64,000 nt of DNA from an uncultured Planctomycetota bacterium (lineage in GTDB: Bacteria; Planctomycetota; Planctomycetia; Isosphaerales; Isosphaeraceae), in assembly GCA_963845755.1 (NCBI GenBank), contig CAWJTV010000039.1, positions 128,001 through 192,000 of the forward strand, written 5' to 3'. Position 1 is the first letter of the stretch; each line of letters opens with the position of its first letter. The position numbers were made by a program, and so were the translations under genes. The notes beneath the pieces were generated by a model, which had not been told where the DNA came from, searched no databases, and was given only the letters and a program-made list of their open reading frames with translations. Shown piece by piece: positions 51,937-62,506 of the stretch.

Positions 51937-53976
51937 TGTGGAGATAAGGGTAATCCTCATCCTCACTCCAACCCTAGCCCCCCAACCGGGCGCCGTCCGG
52001 CTCCGTTGAGCGGACACACCGACGCGTCGCGGTAACGCAACACGACCTTGCGCGGATCCGCCTCGAAAGGCGGCCGGGCGGGCGAAGCGAGCCTCGTCGG
52101 AGACCCGGTTCATCGGCCCGGCTTCATGGGGATTCCTCCGCGCGCGCCAGACCTCAATGTGGCCGAATCGGGCTTCGAGGCGATAGTGCTTCCGGATGAC
52201 CTCGGTCAGGCGTGCGAGGTTGAGATGCGACGGGTATTTGTGCGAGTCGGGCGCCCAAACGACGATCGCATCGCTGGACCGCTCGAGCACGGCGGCAAAC
52301 TCGGGCTCCAGGTCGATATGGACCATCAACATCCAGCAGATTCCCGACTCGGCGAGGAAGGGAGACAGCCTCGCCGCCGGCCCGTTGATCGCGGGGAAGG
52401 GCGCCTCCTTCAAGACGTTGGCCACGGGCGTCGTGGGGCTGGTCGTCGCCCGGAGATGGATCAAGACGCGCCGGTAGTCGTCCCACGAGTACCAGCGGCC
52501 GTAGAGGAGCCCGAACCAGTTGGCGCTCCCCGGCGGGCTCCAGGTCGGCAGCATCTCGCCGCGCACCAGGGACCCGAGGGCACTGCGGGTTGCGTTGACG
52601 TCGCAGTAACGGGGGAGTCCCTGGCTCATCTCGGTGATCAGCGCGAGCAGGGCGATCAGACGCAGCATCGGGGCAATCTTCGCGCGGTCCGCGATCCAGG
52701 CCATGGGTGTCGCCAAGGCGACCGTGCTGACGAGCATCTGAGGAAGGAGCAGGTAATAATGCTGGACCGGATGAATCGAGCGATAAAGCAACGCCGCCGC
52801 CAGCGCCAGCGCCCAGGTCGCGGCCCGGCGGCGAGACGCGCCTCGAGTCGAGAACAGGACCAGGATCAGCAGCCCGCTCACGATCAGGGTCGGCGGCTCT
52901 TGGAACTGGACGGCGATGACTTGCGCGAAGGTCGCGGTATCAGCCCGGTGGTACGGACCTCCGTAGGCGGCGATCCTCAGCCCGCGCACCAGGTCATCGG
53001 CGATGCCGGCGATCACCAGGGGCGAAAAGGCGAGGGCGGTGAACGTCGCGAAGGCGAGGGTCCACTCCGCGAGGGATCGGATGAAACCCGCGCGAGGGCC
53101 GGTTCCCGCCGGCTCGGTGTCCGGTCGCGCGATCCCCTCGGCGATCGCCGCGAAGAAGGCCGGCAGGAATAGCAGCACGTGGGGACGGATCGTCAGGGCG
53201 ATGGCGGCCAGCAGGGCCGAGACGATCCGGCTCGTCCGGCCCGGCCACGCCTGGAGAATCAGGAGGCCCAGGACCACGCACAGGCTCGCGTGCCAGTCGC
53301 GCTCGGCGACCGTCTGATAGTCGAGGTTCAGATAGAAGGTCAAGAACGCCAGATAGGCCGCAACGCCGGCGAAGCGACCGCCCAGGCATCGCCGGCTCCA
53401 GGCGGCCAGCGTCACGCCCAGGAGCACCAGCGCGGCGGCGTCGACGGCGTAGAGCGCCCAGGTCTGGCCCCATCCGGCCACGCGTCCCAGGAGCCAGAAC
53501 AGATAAATGGCACCCGGGAAGTTGTAGCCGCGGATGTCGCGATAGGGCAGGATGCCGGCATCCCACGACTGGGCGATGGTGGCGAAGGTGTCGGAATCGC
53601 GAAACCACGGCCAGAACAGGTAATGTGGCACCCACGTCGCCAGCAACCCCACGCAGGCCGCGACGATGGCGATCGTCAGACCGCCGGCCATCGCGGTCGC
53701 CGCCAGGCGGTCCAGCCCATCCAGCCCCCAGCGCAGGGGATCGGCCGTCGGCCGGCCGGCCTCGCGACGACCGGCCAGCAGCCGGCCGACCGCGTAGATC
53801 GCCGCCAGCCCCAGGAGGTTCCGCGCGAGCCAACGTACGCGCAGCTCCTGCGGAAAGTACCACAGGATGTCCGTGGCCGTTATCCACAGGACGACCACGA
53901 CCGTCCCCGCCAGCGCCAGCCCCGCGAACACCAGGACCCGCCGAGTGGCCGCAAGGACCCCGTCCCGACCGGCCAT
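51910..53976 (-). CDS. Polytopic membrane glycosyltransferase (GT-C/PMT-like); the true stop may be near 52124
   Basis: RDSDTFATIAQSWDAGILPYRD...NFPG loop followed by many TM helices. Confidence 0.65.
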   Translation of the reverse strand: MAGRDGVLAATRRVLVFAGLALAGTVVVVLWITATDILWYFPQELRVRWLARNLLGLAAIYAVGRLLAGRREAGRPTADPLRWGLDGLDRLAATAMAGGLTIAIVAACVGLLATWVPHYLFWPWFRDSDTFATIAQSWDAGILPYRDIRGYNFPGAIYLFWLLGRVAGWGQTWALYAVDAAALVLLGVTLAAWSRRCLGGRFAGVAAYLAFLTFYLNLDYQTVAERDWHASLCVVLGLLILQAWPGRTSRIVSALLAAIALTIRPHVLLFLPAFFAAIAEGIARPDTEPAGTGPRAGFIRSLAEWTLAFATFTALAFSPLVIAGIADDLVRGLRIAAYGGPYHRADTATFAQVIAVQFQEPPTLIVSGLLILVLFSTRGASRRRAATWALALAAALLYRSIHPVQHYYLLLPQMLVSTVALATPMAWIADRAKIAPMLRLIALLALITEMSQGLPRYCDVNATRSALGSLVRGEMLPTWSPPGSANWFGLLYGRWYSWDDYRRVLIHLRATTSPTTPVANVLKEAPFPAINGPAARLSPFLAESGICWMLMVHIDLEPEFAAVLERSSDAIVVWAPDSHKYPSHLNLARLTEVIRKHYRLEARFGHIEVWRARRNPHEAGPMNRVSDEARFARPAAFRGGSAQGRVALPRRVGVSAQRSRTAPGWGARVGVRMRITLISTSFARANPS

Positions 53977-54174
53977 GACTCCACTCCGAATCCGAGGATC
54001 GTCCGCCCTTCCACCCTTCGGCCATTCTCCCGAGGACGCAGCACACGCCCCGCGCCGGGTTTCCTGCGGGCGTTCCCAGTGTAGCATGGCTGCCCGGAAA
54101 ACGTCCGGCGTCGCCGGTCCATCCGGCGAGGTCATGGACTCGCTCGGGTCGATCCGACGATCCTCCTCAACATC

Positions 54175-54203
54175 TTGACAGCCGACCCGTGTCGCGCTAT
54201 ACT
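54175..54203 (+). promoter_or_regulatory. Near-consensus sigma70 promoter
   Basis: TTGACA-N17-TATACT upstream of the Uma2 gene. Confidence 0.65.
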
Positions 54204-54334
54204 AAACCTTTGAACACTATCCCGAGTTTGCCCCTGACGCCTTGCCACATGCCCCGCCGGGTGGATGCCGGACCGAGACGAGAGACGCTGCCTCGAGGGA
54301 GATCCCGCCAATGATGTTTGTCGGAGTGAGATCC

Positions 54335-54943
54335 ATGACCGCGCCCTCTGTCGATCCACCGAAGGTCCCGCCGAGCTCGAGCCTGGGGTCCGCCCTGTAT
54401 CGGTTGACGGTCCGTCAGTATGACCGGATGGTCGATGACGGCACGATCGGCGAGGGTGAGCGTGTCGAGTTGATCGAGGGACTGCTCGTGGCCAAGACCG
54501 GCCGGAATCGTCCCAGTATCGTGGCCGGCAACAAGGGGCTGCGGATCCTCTGGCGGATCGTCCCGCCCGGCTGGCACGTGGCCAAGGGTGTCCCGATCGT
54601 CGCCTCGGACTGGAGCAAGCCGGCGGCGGACCTGGCGGTGATCCGCGGGGTGGTCGAGGATTACGACGAGCGGGCGGTGACGGCCCAGGACGTGGCCCTG
54701 GTGGTGGAGATCGCCGATACGCGCGTGCCGGCCGATCGGACGGACCTGACCCGCGTCTTTGCCGCGGCCGGCATCCCGGTCTACTGGATCGTCAACCTGG
54801 CCGAGGGGCAAATCGAGGTCTGGTCCGACCCGCGACGGGAGGGCTATCAATCCCAGCAGGTGCTCGGGCGCGGGCAGGACGTGCCGGTCGTGGTCGCGGG
54901 GGGCGAGGCCAGTTGGATCGCCGTGGCCGACATCCTCCCCTGA
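54335..54943 (+). CDS. Uma2 family endonuclease (divergent active site)
   Basis: RLTVRQY..M, VELIEG, DLAVI, LVVEIAD and GIPVYWIVNL motifs. Confidence 0.8.
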   Translation: MTAPSVDPPKVPPSSSLGSALYRLTVRQYDRMVDDGTIGEGERVELIEGLLVAKTGRNRPSIVAGNKGLRILWRIVPPGWHVAKGVPIVASDWSKPAADLAVIRGVVEDYDERAVTAQDVALVVEIADTRVPADRTDLTRVFAAAGIPVYWIVNLAEGQIEVWSDPRREGYQSQQVLGRGQDVPVVVAGGEASWIAVADILP

Positions 54944-54974
54944 CCGGTTGCGTGAGGCGCCCTGGCGAGGCCCC

Positions 54975-55038
54975 GTTGGGCGCTCGGTGAGCACCGAATT
55001 CCCGCGTCAAATCAATGGGTGCTCACGGAGCACCCTAC
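54975..55038. repeat. GTAG-type REP doublet
   Basis: GTTGGGCGCTCGGTGAGCACC ... GGTGCTCACGGAGCACCCTAC; same family as 26601. Confidence 0.7.
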
Positions 55039-55137
55039 AACCCCACCGCGGCGGATCGTAGAATCGAGCGAGTTCGACCGGGAGGGACGCCGGCCCGCGG
55101 AGGCTGCGCGGCCGGTCGTGGCGCGAGCGAGAGGCTC

Positions 55138-56622
55138 ATGATGAGCAACAATCTGACGGACCTGGTCGATCGGTTCGCCGGGCGGGAGGTCATCGTCCTC
55201 GGCGAGGCCATGCTCGACGCGTACCTCTCGGGAACCGGCGCGCGGCTCGGTCGCGAGGCGCCCGTGCCGATCGTCACCGTCGACGAGCGCCGCGAAGCGC
55301 CCGGCGGTGCGGCGAACACGGCCGTCAATGTCCACACCCTCGGCGCCCGCGTGCGGTTCCTCTCGGTCGTGGGGGCGGATTCCGAAGGAGACCGGCTCCG
55401 CCGGCTCCTCCAGGGACGGGGGATCGCGACCGACGAGATCCGGGAAGACCCCACGCGGCGGACCCTCGTCAAGACCCGGGTGAGCATGGCATCGCAGCTC
55501 CTCCTCCGGTTCGACGAGGGGACCACAGGACCGGTCGACGCGGTCGTCGAGCAGGGGCTGATCGATCGGTTGGTCGAGCTGTTCCCGCTGAGCGACGCGG
55601 TGGTGATCTCCGACTTCCGATACGGCATCCTGACGCCGCACGTGATCGCCGCACTGGCGCGCCTCCAGCGCGACCACCGGCGGGTGGTCGTCGCCGATTC
55701 GAAGGACCTGGCGGTTTATCGCGAAGTGGGCCTGACGGTCGCGAAGGCGAACTATGAGGAGGCGGTCCGGCTGATCGGGACAGCGTCGATCGATCGCGGC
55801 GGCCCGCGCGTCGAGCGGATGGCCGCCGAGGGCTCGCGGATCCTCGAGGTGACGGGGGCACGGATTGCGGCGGTCACGCTGGACACCGAGGGCGCGCTGG
55901 TCTTCGAGCGCGATCGGCCCCCGTATCGGACGTATTCCCGCGCGGCGCAGCATTCGCGGGCCGCGGGTGCCGGCAACGCGTTCCTCGCCGCGATGGCGCT
56001 GGGCCTGGCGGCCGGCGCCGATACGACGGCCGCCGCGGAGCTCGCCTCGGCTGCCGCCGCGGTCGTCGTCGGCCGGGAAGGGACGGTTTCCTGCTCGGCC
56101 GATGACCTCCGCGACCAGGTCGCCGCCGGCGATAAGCTGGTCTCGAATCGGGCTCGCCTGGCGGAGCTGCGCGATTCTCATCGACGCGCCGGCCGGCGGG
56201 TGGTCTTCACCAACGGGTGCTTCGACATCCTCCATCGCGGCCACATCACCTACCTGAGCCGCGCCAAGGCGCTGGGCGACATCCTGATCGTCGGCGTCAA
56301 CTCGGATGAGGGCATCCGTCGCCTCAAGGGCCCCAGCCGGCCCATCAACACGCTCGAGGATCGGATCCAGGTCCTCGCCGCGTTGAGCTGCATCGACCAC
56401 GTCATCCCCTTCGACGAGGATACGCCCTGCCAGCTCGTCGAGGTCGTACGCCCGGACATCTTCGTCAAAGGGGGCGACTATACCCGCGACCGCTTGCCCG
56501 AAGCCGACCTGGTCGAGTCGGTCGGCGGCGTCGTTCAGATCCTCCCGTTCATCGCCGATCGCTCGACGACCGACATCATCGAGCGGATCCGCCGATCCGG
56601 CCACGACGCGCCGGACGAATGA
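55138..56622 (+). CDS. hldE: Bifunctional heptose 7-phosphate kinase / heptose 1-phosphate adenylyltransferase
   Basis: PfkB half with REAPVP, GGAANTA and KTR. Transferase half with FTNGCFDILHRGH and VKGGDY. Confidence 0.88.
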   Translation: MMSNNLTDLVDRFAGREVIVLGEAMLDAYLSGTGARLGREAPVPIVTVDERREAPGGAANTAVNVHTLGARVRFLSVVGADSEGDRLRRLLQGRGIATDEIREDPTRRTLVKTRVSMASQLLLRFDEGTTGPVDAVVEQGLIDRLVELFPLSDAVVISDFRYGILTPHVIAALARLQRDHRRVVVADSKDLAVYREVGLTVAKANYEEAVRLIGTASIDRGGPRVERMAAEGSRILEVTGARIAAVTLDTEGALVFERDRPPYRTYSRAAQHSRAAGAGNAFLAAMALGLAAGADTTAAAELASAAAAVVVGREGTVSCSADDLRDQVAAGDKLVSNRARLAELRDSHRRAGRRVVFTNGCFDILHRGHITYLSRAKALGDILIVGVNSDEGIRRLKGPSRPINTLEDRIQVLAALSCIDHVIPFDEDTPCQLVEVVRPDIFVKGGDYTRDRLPEADLVESVGGVVQILPFIADRSTTDIIERIRRSGHDAPDE

Positions 56623-56863
56623 CCGAATTTGAGATGCTTGATTCCCAAATGTCGCTGAATCTGGAATTCGGCTGTCGTTCGCCTCACGAGGGATGGTCTC
56701 CCTATCTCCTTGCGGGGAAATTGCTTGTCGTGACGAGGTCCGCGAGTCCAACATTTCGTGACAATTGAGCTTGCCCGCGAATCGAATTCACAACACAATA
56801 AACGTCTGGCATCGGCAACAACCACCCTCAGAGCGAAACCATGTTCAAGGAAGGACATGCTGA

Positions 56864-57482
56864 ATGCGGCGATTGACCACACTCTGGCTCCCGCTCCTAA
56901 TGACTCCTCTGATCGCCCTGAGCTTCGCACGAACGGTCAGGGCGGACCCGATCTCCTACGCGTACTCCTCATCGGGCGATGTCGGCTCCGCGGCGAGCAA
57001 CCCCGTCGGGAACTTCACCCTCAATGCGATCAATGGAAGCCTGCTCGGCCCCGGCTCTCTCGAGCTCGCGACCTTCCAGGCACCGACCGTGCCCACCGGG
57101 GCCACGCTGACGTTCACAAACATGCCTTTTTTTATCAGCGTGGATTTCCACTCGGATTCCCAGAATAGCAACACCTCGGATCTGACCATCCAGGGTGTGA
57201 TCAACGGCAGCATCACGGGAACGACCTCCGCCGATGTCGTGGCGACGGCGACGTCCATCCAGGCCACCGGAATGAATGCGCCTCCCGTTTTCCCTGGGTT
57301 CCTTCAACGTCATGACGCCTCAGACGCTCGCTCCCAGCGGGATCGACGGCGGGATGACCACCCTGATCGGACAGGTGTCAGCCATGGCGGTCCCGGAGCC
57401 GACCGCACTGGCCTTCCTCGGGATTCTCGCCGTGAGCGCCGCTCTCCGATCGGGCATTCGACGGATCCAGCGGCGGAGCTGA
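56864..57482 (+). CDS. PEP-CTERM sorting-domain protein (frameshift near 57280)
   Basis: Signal peptide ending VRA-DPI; Ser/Thr-rich body; VPEPT plus TM plus Arg-rich tail in the second frame. Confidence 0.8.
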
Positions 57483-57763
57483 CAAGCCGGATCGTGACGC
57501 ATTCCGGGGCCGCTCATCGTCCCCTGAGTCGGCCGAGAGATCGGGTCGTCGGATCGGTGTCGACCGATCCCGGTGCGGATGGCGGTGCACTGGCGATTTC
57601 CCGCCCGCGGCCGGGTGAGCCGACCGGACCAATCCGGCTGAGGCCGTCCTCGCCACGGCGCGCCGTGGCGGGCGCATGCCCGTTTTCGTCTTGTGTCGAC
57701 CACGCGGCCCGGTACACAATCCAGTTGGTTTGGCAATTGCTGAATCCTCGATGAATCGGGCCC

Positions 57764-59863
57764 GTGATGGCGTTCGAGCGATTGGGGAACTCCATGTGCC
57801 ACGCACCGGTAGTTTGCTGCATTCTGGTTGTCGCGTTCACCGCGGTCGTACCCTTTCTGACGACCGGGCGCGGCCTGTACGGAGACCTTCTCTCGGACGA
57901 CGACACCGAGAAGTCGCAGCCGCGGCAATGGGACGACGCGACGCTTCGCGGATGGCTTCGTGATGCGGTCGGTGAAGTGGTCGCGGTACAGGACAAACTT
58001 GCCGACCTGCACCGTTCCACAGCCTTCGACATGCTGGCCAACGCGCAGGCGAGCGTCGGTGATGCGGAAGGTGCGCGGGCCACGCGCGAGTTGGCCGTTA
58101 AGGCAAGTCTCTCGAAGCCAGCCGATGGTTACGAGGGTCTCAAGACCCGAGCCTTCGACCTGGCGCGTGCGAACCAGACGAGCGAGGCCGCGCGCAGCTT
58201 ACCAGGATGCCGTCCGAATCGCGCTCGACGTGAATCAGGTCGATCCGCCGCACGGAAGGCCCTTCAACCTTTACCTCCTCCTGTCAGACGGCCGGTCGTT
58301 AGCCGACATCCTCAATCGGGCCAAGGACCCGGAGGCGGCGCGGCAGGTCCTGCTACAGGCCCGTGCCGCGGCCGAGGACAAGATTCGCGGGAGGGTGGAG
58401 TGGGCCTTCAATCCCATCCGCGAGCAGGTCCGCATGGGCGACATCGCCGGCGCCCGTGCGTCGATTGATGCCGTCGCGCCGCAGATCAACGCGCTGGGCG
58501 ACCCGATCCGTCGCCTCTACGGGCTGAAGGACATGGCGGCCGTGCGCTGGCTGGTGGCCGACAAGGAGACCGCCCGCGCCCTTTGCAAGACAGCCCTCGA
58601 GTTCGGCCGCTCCCTCCCGGGCGACGTCCGCGAACGGTCCTATCCGATGCACCTGCCGATGCTGATGCTCGCGACGGTCGAGGATTACGAGGGCGCATTC
58701 CGCATTATCGGGGAGGTTCCGGAGAGCCTCAGGCTTTGGGCCCTCAGCCAGGTCGTCGAGTCGATCGGCCACAGGGCCGGGGTGGACCGCTACCAGATGG
58801 AGCCGGCGTTCGATTCGGCCATCGATCGCGAGACCGCAAAGAACGCGGCTCCGGACCGCCGCGAAGGTCAACCAGGCGCTCCTGGTCAAGGCGGAACCCG
58901 TCGTCGCGATTGAAGGAGATCGTTACCACAGCGCTGCGACGATCGTGGAGCTTCAGGCGCGGCTGAATGACTTCGAGGGCGCGCGGGCCACCATCGAAGG
59001 GCTCGCCAAGTTGCGCGATAGCAAGGCGGCGAGCGCGCGGGCCAAGGGACTGGTCGAGCTCGCCCTTGCGGAAGCCAAAGCGGGCCGGTGCGACGAGTCC
59101 AACGCCGACTTCCAGGCCGCGCTCGTCGCCGCCGACTCCCTGCCCGAGCGCGGCGAGCAATGGCGCGGCTCTCGCGAACGCCGGACAACGTATCCGCGAG
59201 ACGAGGCCATCAGCGCCGTCGTCGTGTCGCGCGCCGAGCTGGGAGACGTTGATCGGGCGATCGAGACGGCCGGGCGCATCCACGATCCGGTCCGCAAGGC
59301 CGATGCGCTCGCTTCGGCCTCGCGCAAGGAGTCGCGTGAACGACTCGGCTGGGGCGTTGGTTCTGGCCAAGACCCCCGGCCACGGGTTCCCGGCGATCCC
59401 ACGGCTCATCGAAATCGCGGACGACCAGTTTCGTACGGGTGACCTCGCCGCCGCCCGAGCAACCCTGACCTTCGCCTTGAAAGAAGCGACGGACACCATG
59501 GAAAGGCATCCCCAGGACCCGACGATTCCGCCCTACGGGGAGCCACCGTCGCTCAGGGATCGGCCGTTTGCCGAAGGACCTGAACGTGCGGTTCAACAGC
59601 ACGTCAACGCCGAATTCGAGCTGGCGAGGGTCCGAGCAAGGCTGGGTGACATCGCCGGTGCGCAACGAGCGTTCGAGAACGTCCACAACGAGCGCCGGCT
59701 GGTACAACTGCGAGACGAACTCCTGGTTGCCCAGTTCTGGGCCGGCGACGCGCCGGGCGCCTTCGCAATGGCATTCCAGCGCACCTCCCCAGGGGAGCGC
59801 GTGGTTGCCATTCAAGAGCTGTGTCGGGCGATCCGGCGCCTCAAAGAGACGCTACGACCTTGA
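57764..59863 (+). CDS. Exported TPR-like helical-repeat protein (several frameshifts)
   Basis: Recurrent GDxxGAR-type helical repeats across four ORF pieces; hydrophobic N-terminus. Confidence 0.55.
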
Positions 59864-59925
59864 AATGCACCGGCGACGCCACCACGGAGCCCGCGGTCCT
59901 CGCCGCCGTGCCGCCAGTTCATCGA

Positions 59926-62469
59926 TCACAGTCCGCCCTTGAGGGGCAGGTCGCCGAGCGCGTCGCCATTGGCCTTGAACCCACCGCCGTCGACGTCCAC
60001 GAAGATCGGGTTCGAGACGGCCACGGGCCGGTCGTTGGCGTGGTCGGGACCCATGACCTCGCCCAGCTTCGACCGTTCGCCGATGGCCGCGACGATCACG
60101 TGCGTATCCCGGTCGAGCGCCAGCGCGATCTCCCGGTCGAACTTCAACGTCGCGGCCGAGAATGGATCGGGCGTAGCACCCCGCAAGAAGTTCAGCGCCT
60201 CGGCCGGCCGGCCGTTGAGGAAGACCTGGACACGATCCACGTCGAACCAGTTGGGGCACTGGACGCGGACCCGCAAGGTTGCCTTCCCGCCTGGGACGGC
60301 CAGGTCATTGCCAGGGATTGCCAGACCTCCCGCGGCATCGGCAGAACGCAGTTCGACTTCCAGGAACGGCCCGCTCGACAGGACCATGTGCCCGCGCTCG
60401 GCGGCGTGGACCACGTCGAGCGTCCGGACCTCGGCAGGATCATCCGTCGGACTCTTCACGTAATTCCGCAGGAAGCCCGACCCGTGGAAGTTGTAGTGCG
60501 CGTCCGTATTGACCACGCCGGGGATGCGCCGGCCGAGATTGAGGAGCTGCAGCCAGTTGACGATCGTGTTATTCCGCGACCGGCCGCGGAACTCCACGGT
60601 CGGTGCGGCGAAGATCGTGTCGAGCGGGTGGACCTCGATGACGTCCATGTGGCCGAACATGCCGCTGAAGCCCGAATCCGGCTTGCCATCGCCATTGCGG
60701 TCATGGAACATCCAGCCGATGTCGGGGTGGTTGACCTGGACGAGTTTTTCGCTGCCGCCGTCCCAGAGAGCCAGCCGCGCGATCTGGATCGCGGGGTCGT
60801 CGTCGGGCGTCGGGCCGCCTCCATTTTGAGTGCGGGGCCGCAAGGCCAGCGGGAAGGCGTTCTGGTGATTCAGCGGTAGGGGTTCGTTGGTCAGTTCGAT
60901 TCCGACGCAGGTCGCCATCCGTCGCTCGGCCCCCAGCCGCTTCAGGTGCGGCTCATAGGTCGAGAGGCGGTTGTGCTCCGTGCAAGGGGCGAACTCGACG
61001 TGCTCGCAAAGGAGGTTCAACACCCGCCCGAGCTGGCTCGAGGTGTTGTCGCCCGACGGGCTGGAATGGCTGTGAAAGTCGGTGCTGATCCATCCCTCCG
61101 TCTTCACCGAGCGGACCAGCTTCGCCTCCAAAGGCGTTTCCTTACCACGCTTCACATCAATTCGCGTGAACACTGCGTCATACTCGGGCCCATAACTGAT
61201 GATCACGTCGTAAGAACCGGGGCCTAGCTCGCGCCGGAAGCGGCCGTCGTGGCTGTAGTAGACGTTGCGGACCGCGATCTCGCCGCTATCGGGCCCGAAG
61301 TCGGGGCTCTCCGTGCCGTCCCGGCCGATGAACTGGACTTTGCACGGGATGGGTCTGCCGGCGGCGTCGGTGATCCGCGCCGCGACCGCCGCGGCCTCGG
61401 GCAGCTCGACGGACAGCGCGTCCGGCGCATCGGGCCCGACCTCGACGGACTTCGTGCCTCGCCCGAGTGCCGAGACGGTCAGCGTTCCGGACGCATCACC
61501 GGCCGTCAGCGTCATCTGACCCGAGTGGTCCGTGCGGCCCCAGGAAACCCGTTGGCCGCCGCGCGCCATCGCGACGTCGGCCCCGACGACCGGCCGGCCC
61601 GCCGTATCTTTCACCGAGAGGCGAACGGGATGGTCAGCCTTCCCGGCCAGCCGGTCGGCGACCCGGCGGACGTCGAAGAGATTGGCTCCGGGAATGATCC
61701 GCCGCGTGAGCCGATAGGACTCGCCGGGCGCCAGCCGGACAACCACCTTGCCATCGTGATTCCGGTAGCGGAGCAGGAGTTGACGCGCGTTGCCACCGAG
61801 GATTTCATGCCCATCGGCGGCCACGCCGTATGCCTGGCCGAAATGCTTGTCATAGGCCCAGAACAGGCTGGCTGGCTGGTCGGGCCCGTGCTCGAAAGTA
61901 CGGTCGGCGCGGATCGCATCGAGTAACTCGGCGTCGAGCGGGGCCCCGCCGCGGTTGGCGAACATCGTGGTCACCATCAGGAAGGGTTGACCGTCCTCGA
62001 GCGTATAGGCCACCTCGACATCCGGCGTCTGATCGCGCGGGGAGGCGACCAGCTTCAGCGTGACCTTCCGAGCCCGGACGAACACGCGGTCCAGCTCGGC
62101 CGTTTCGTAGGTCGTGGGCGCCTCGACTTCGATCCCGGCGAACTTCAGGTCGCGGGAGGATGCCCCGGGGTAGAAGGCCGAAAGCTGGTCGCTCTGGACG
62201 TCGCGGCGCGTCAGGTCGATCAGGCATCCGCCGACGTTGCGGACCGTCATGTTCGCGTTCCGGCCCTGCATCGGGTGCGCGATCACGGCGACGAGCTGGT
62301 CGTTGGCCATCGCGAAGTCGCCGTAGATGCCGTCAACCTCCTTCCCTTGCGGGATGTACCGGTCCCAGGTCTGCGGGGAGAGCGCGACCAGATCGGCGGC
62401 CCTCGTCGGTGCGATCAACACGCACAACAGCAAGGGGACGTAGATTGTCTTGAGGATGATCCGGGTCAT
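59926..62469 (-). CDS. Secreted CehA/McbA family (PHP-like) metallohydrolase
   Basis: Signal peptide; DFHSHS, TEHN, NHP and NTDAH motifs. Confidence 0.8.
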   Translation of the reverse strand: MTRIILKTIYVPLLLCVLIAPTRAADLVALSPQTWDRYIPQGKEVDGIYGDFAMANDQLVAVIAHPMQGRNANMTVRNVGGCLIDLTRRDVQSDQLSAFYPGASSRDLKFAGIEVEAPTTYETAELDRVFVRARKVTLKLVASPRDQTPDVEVAYTLEDGQPFLMVTTMFANRGGAPLDAELLDAIRADRTFEHGPDQPASLFWAYDKHFGQAYGVAADGHEILGGNARQLLLRYRNHDGKVVVRLAPGESYRLTRRIIPGANLFDVRRVADRLAGKADHPVRLSVKDTAGRPVVGADVAMARGGQRVSWGRTDHSGQMTLTAGDASGTLTVSALGRGTKSVEVGPDAPDALSVELPEAAAVAARITDAAGRPIPCKVQFIGRDGTESPDFGPDSGEIAVRNVYYSHDGRFRRELGPGSYDVIISYGPEYDAVFTRIDVKRGKETPLEAKLVRSVKTEGWISTDFHSHSSPSGDNTSSQLGRVLNLLCEHVEFAPCTEHNRLSTYEPHLKRLGAERRMATCVGIELTNEPLPLNHQNAFPLALRPRTQNGGGPTPDDDPAIQIARLALWDGGSEKLVQVNHPDIGWMFHDRNGDGKPDSGFSGMFGHMDVIEVHPLDTIFAAPTVEFRGRSRNNTIVNWLQLLNLGRRIPGVVNTDAHYNFHGSGFLRNYVKSPTDDPAEVRTLDVVHAAERGHMVLSSGPFLEVELRSADAAGGLAIPGNDLAVPGGKATLRVRVQCPNWFDVDRVQVFLNGRPAEALNFLRGATPDPFSAATLKFDREIALALDRDTHVIVAAIGERSKLGEVMGPDHANDRPVAVSNPIFVDVDGGGFKANGDALGDLPLKGGL

Positions 62470-62506
62470 GAACGGTTCCTCTGGGATGAGTCTGCTGCCG
62501 GGCGGC

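Noticed and set aside
51910..52125. GT-C coding tail overlapping the c-di-GMP riboswitch as a regulatory overlap
   Set aside because: The tail looks like non-coding read-through. A one-base shift would give a stop near 52124, consistent with the indel errors elsewhere.
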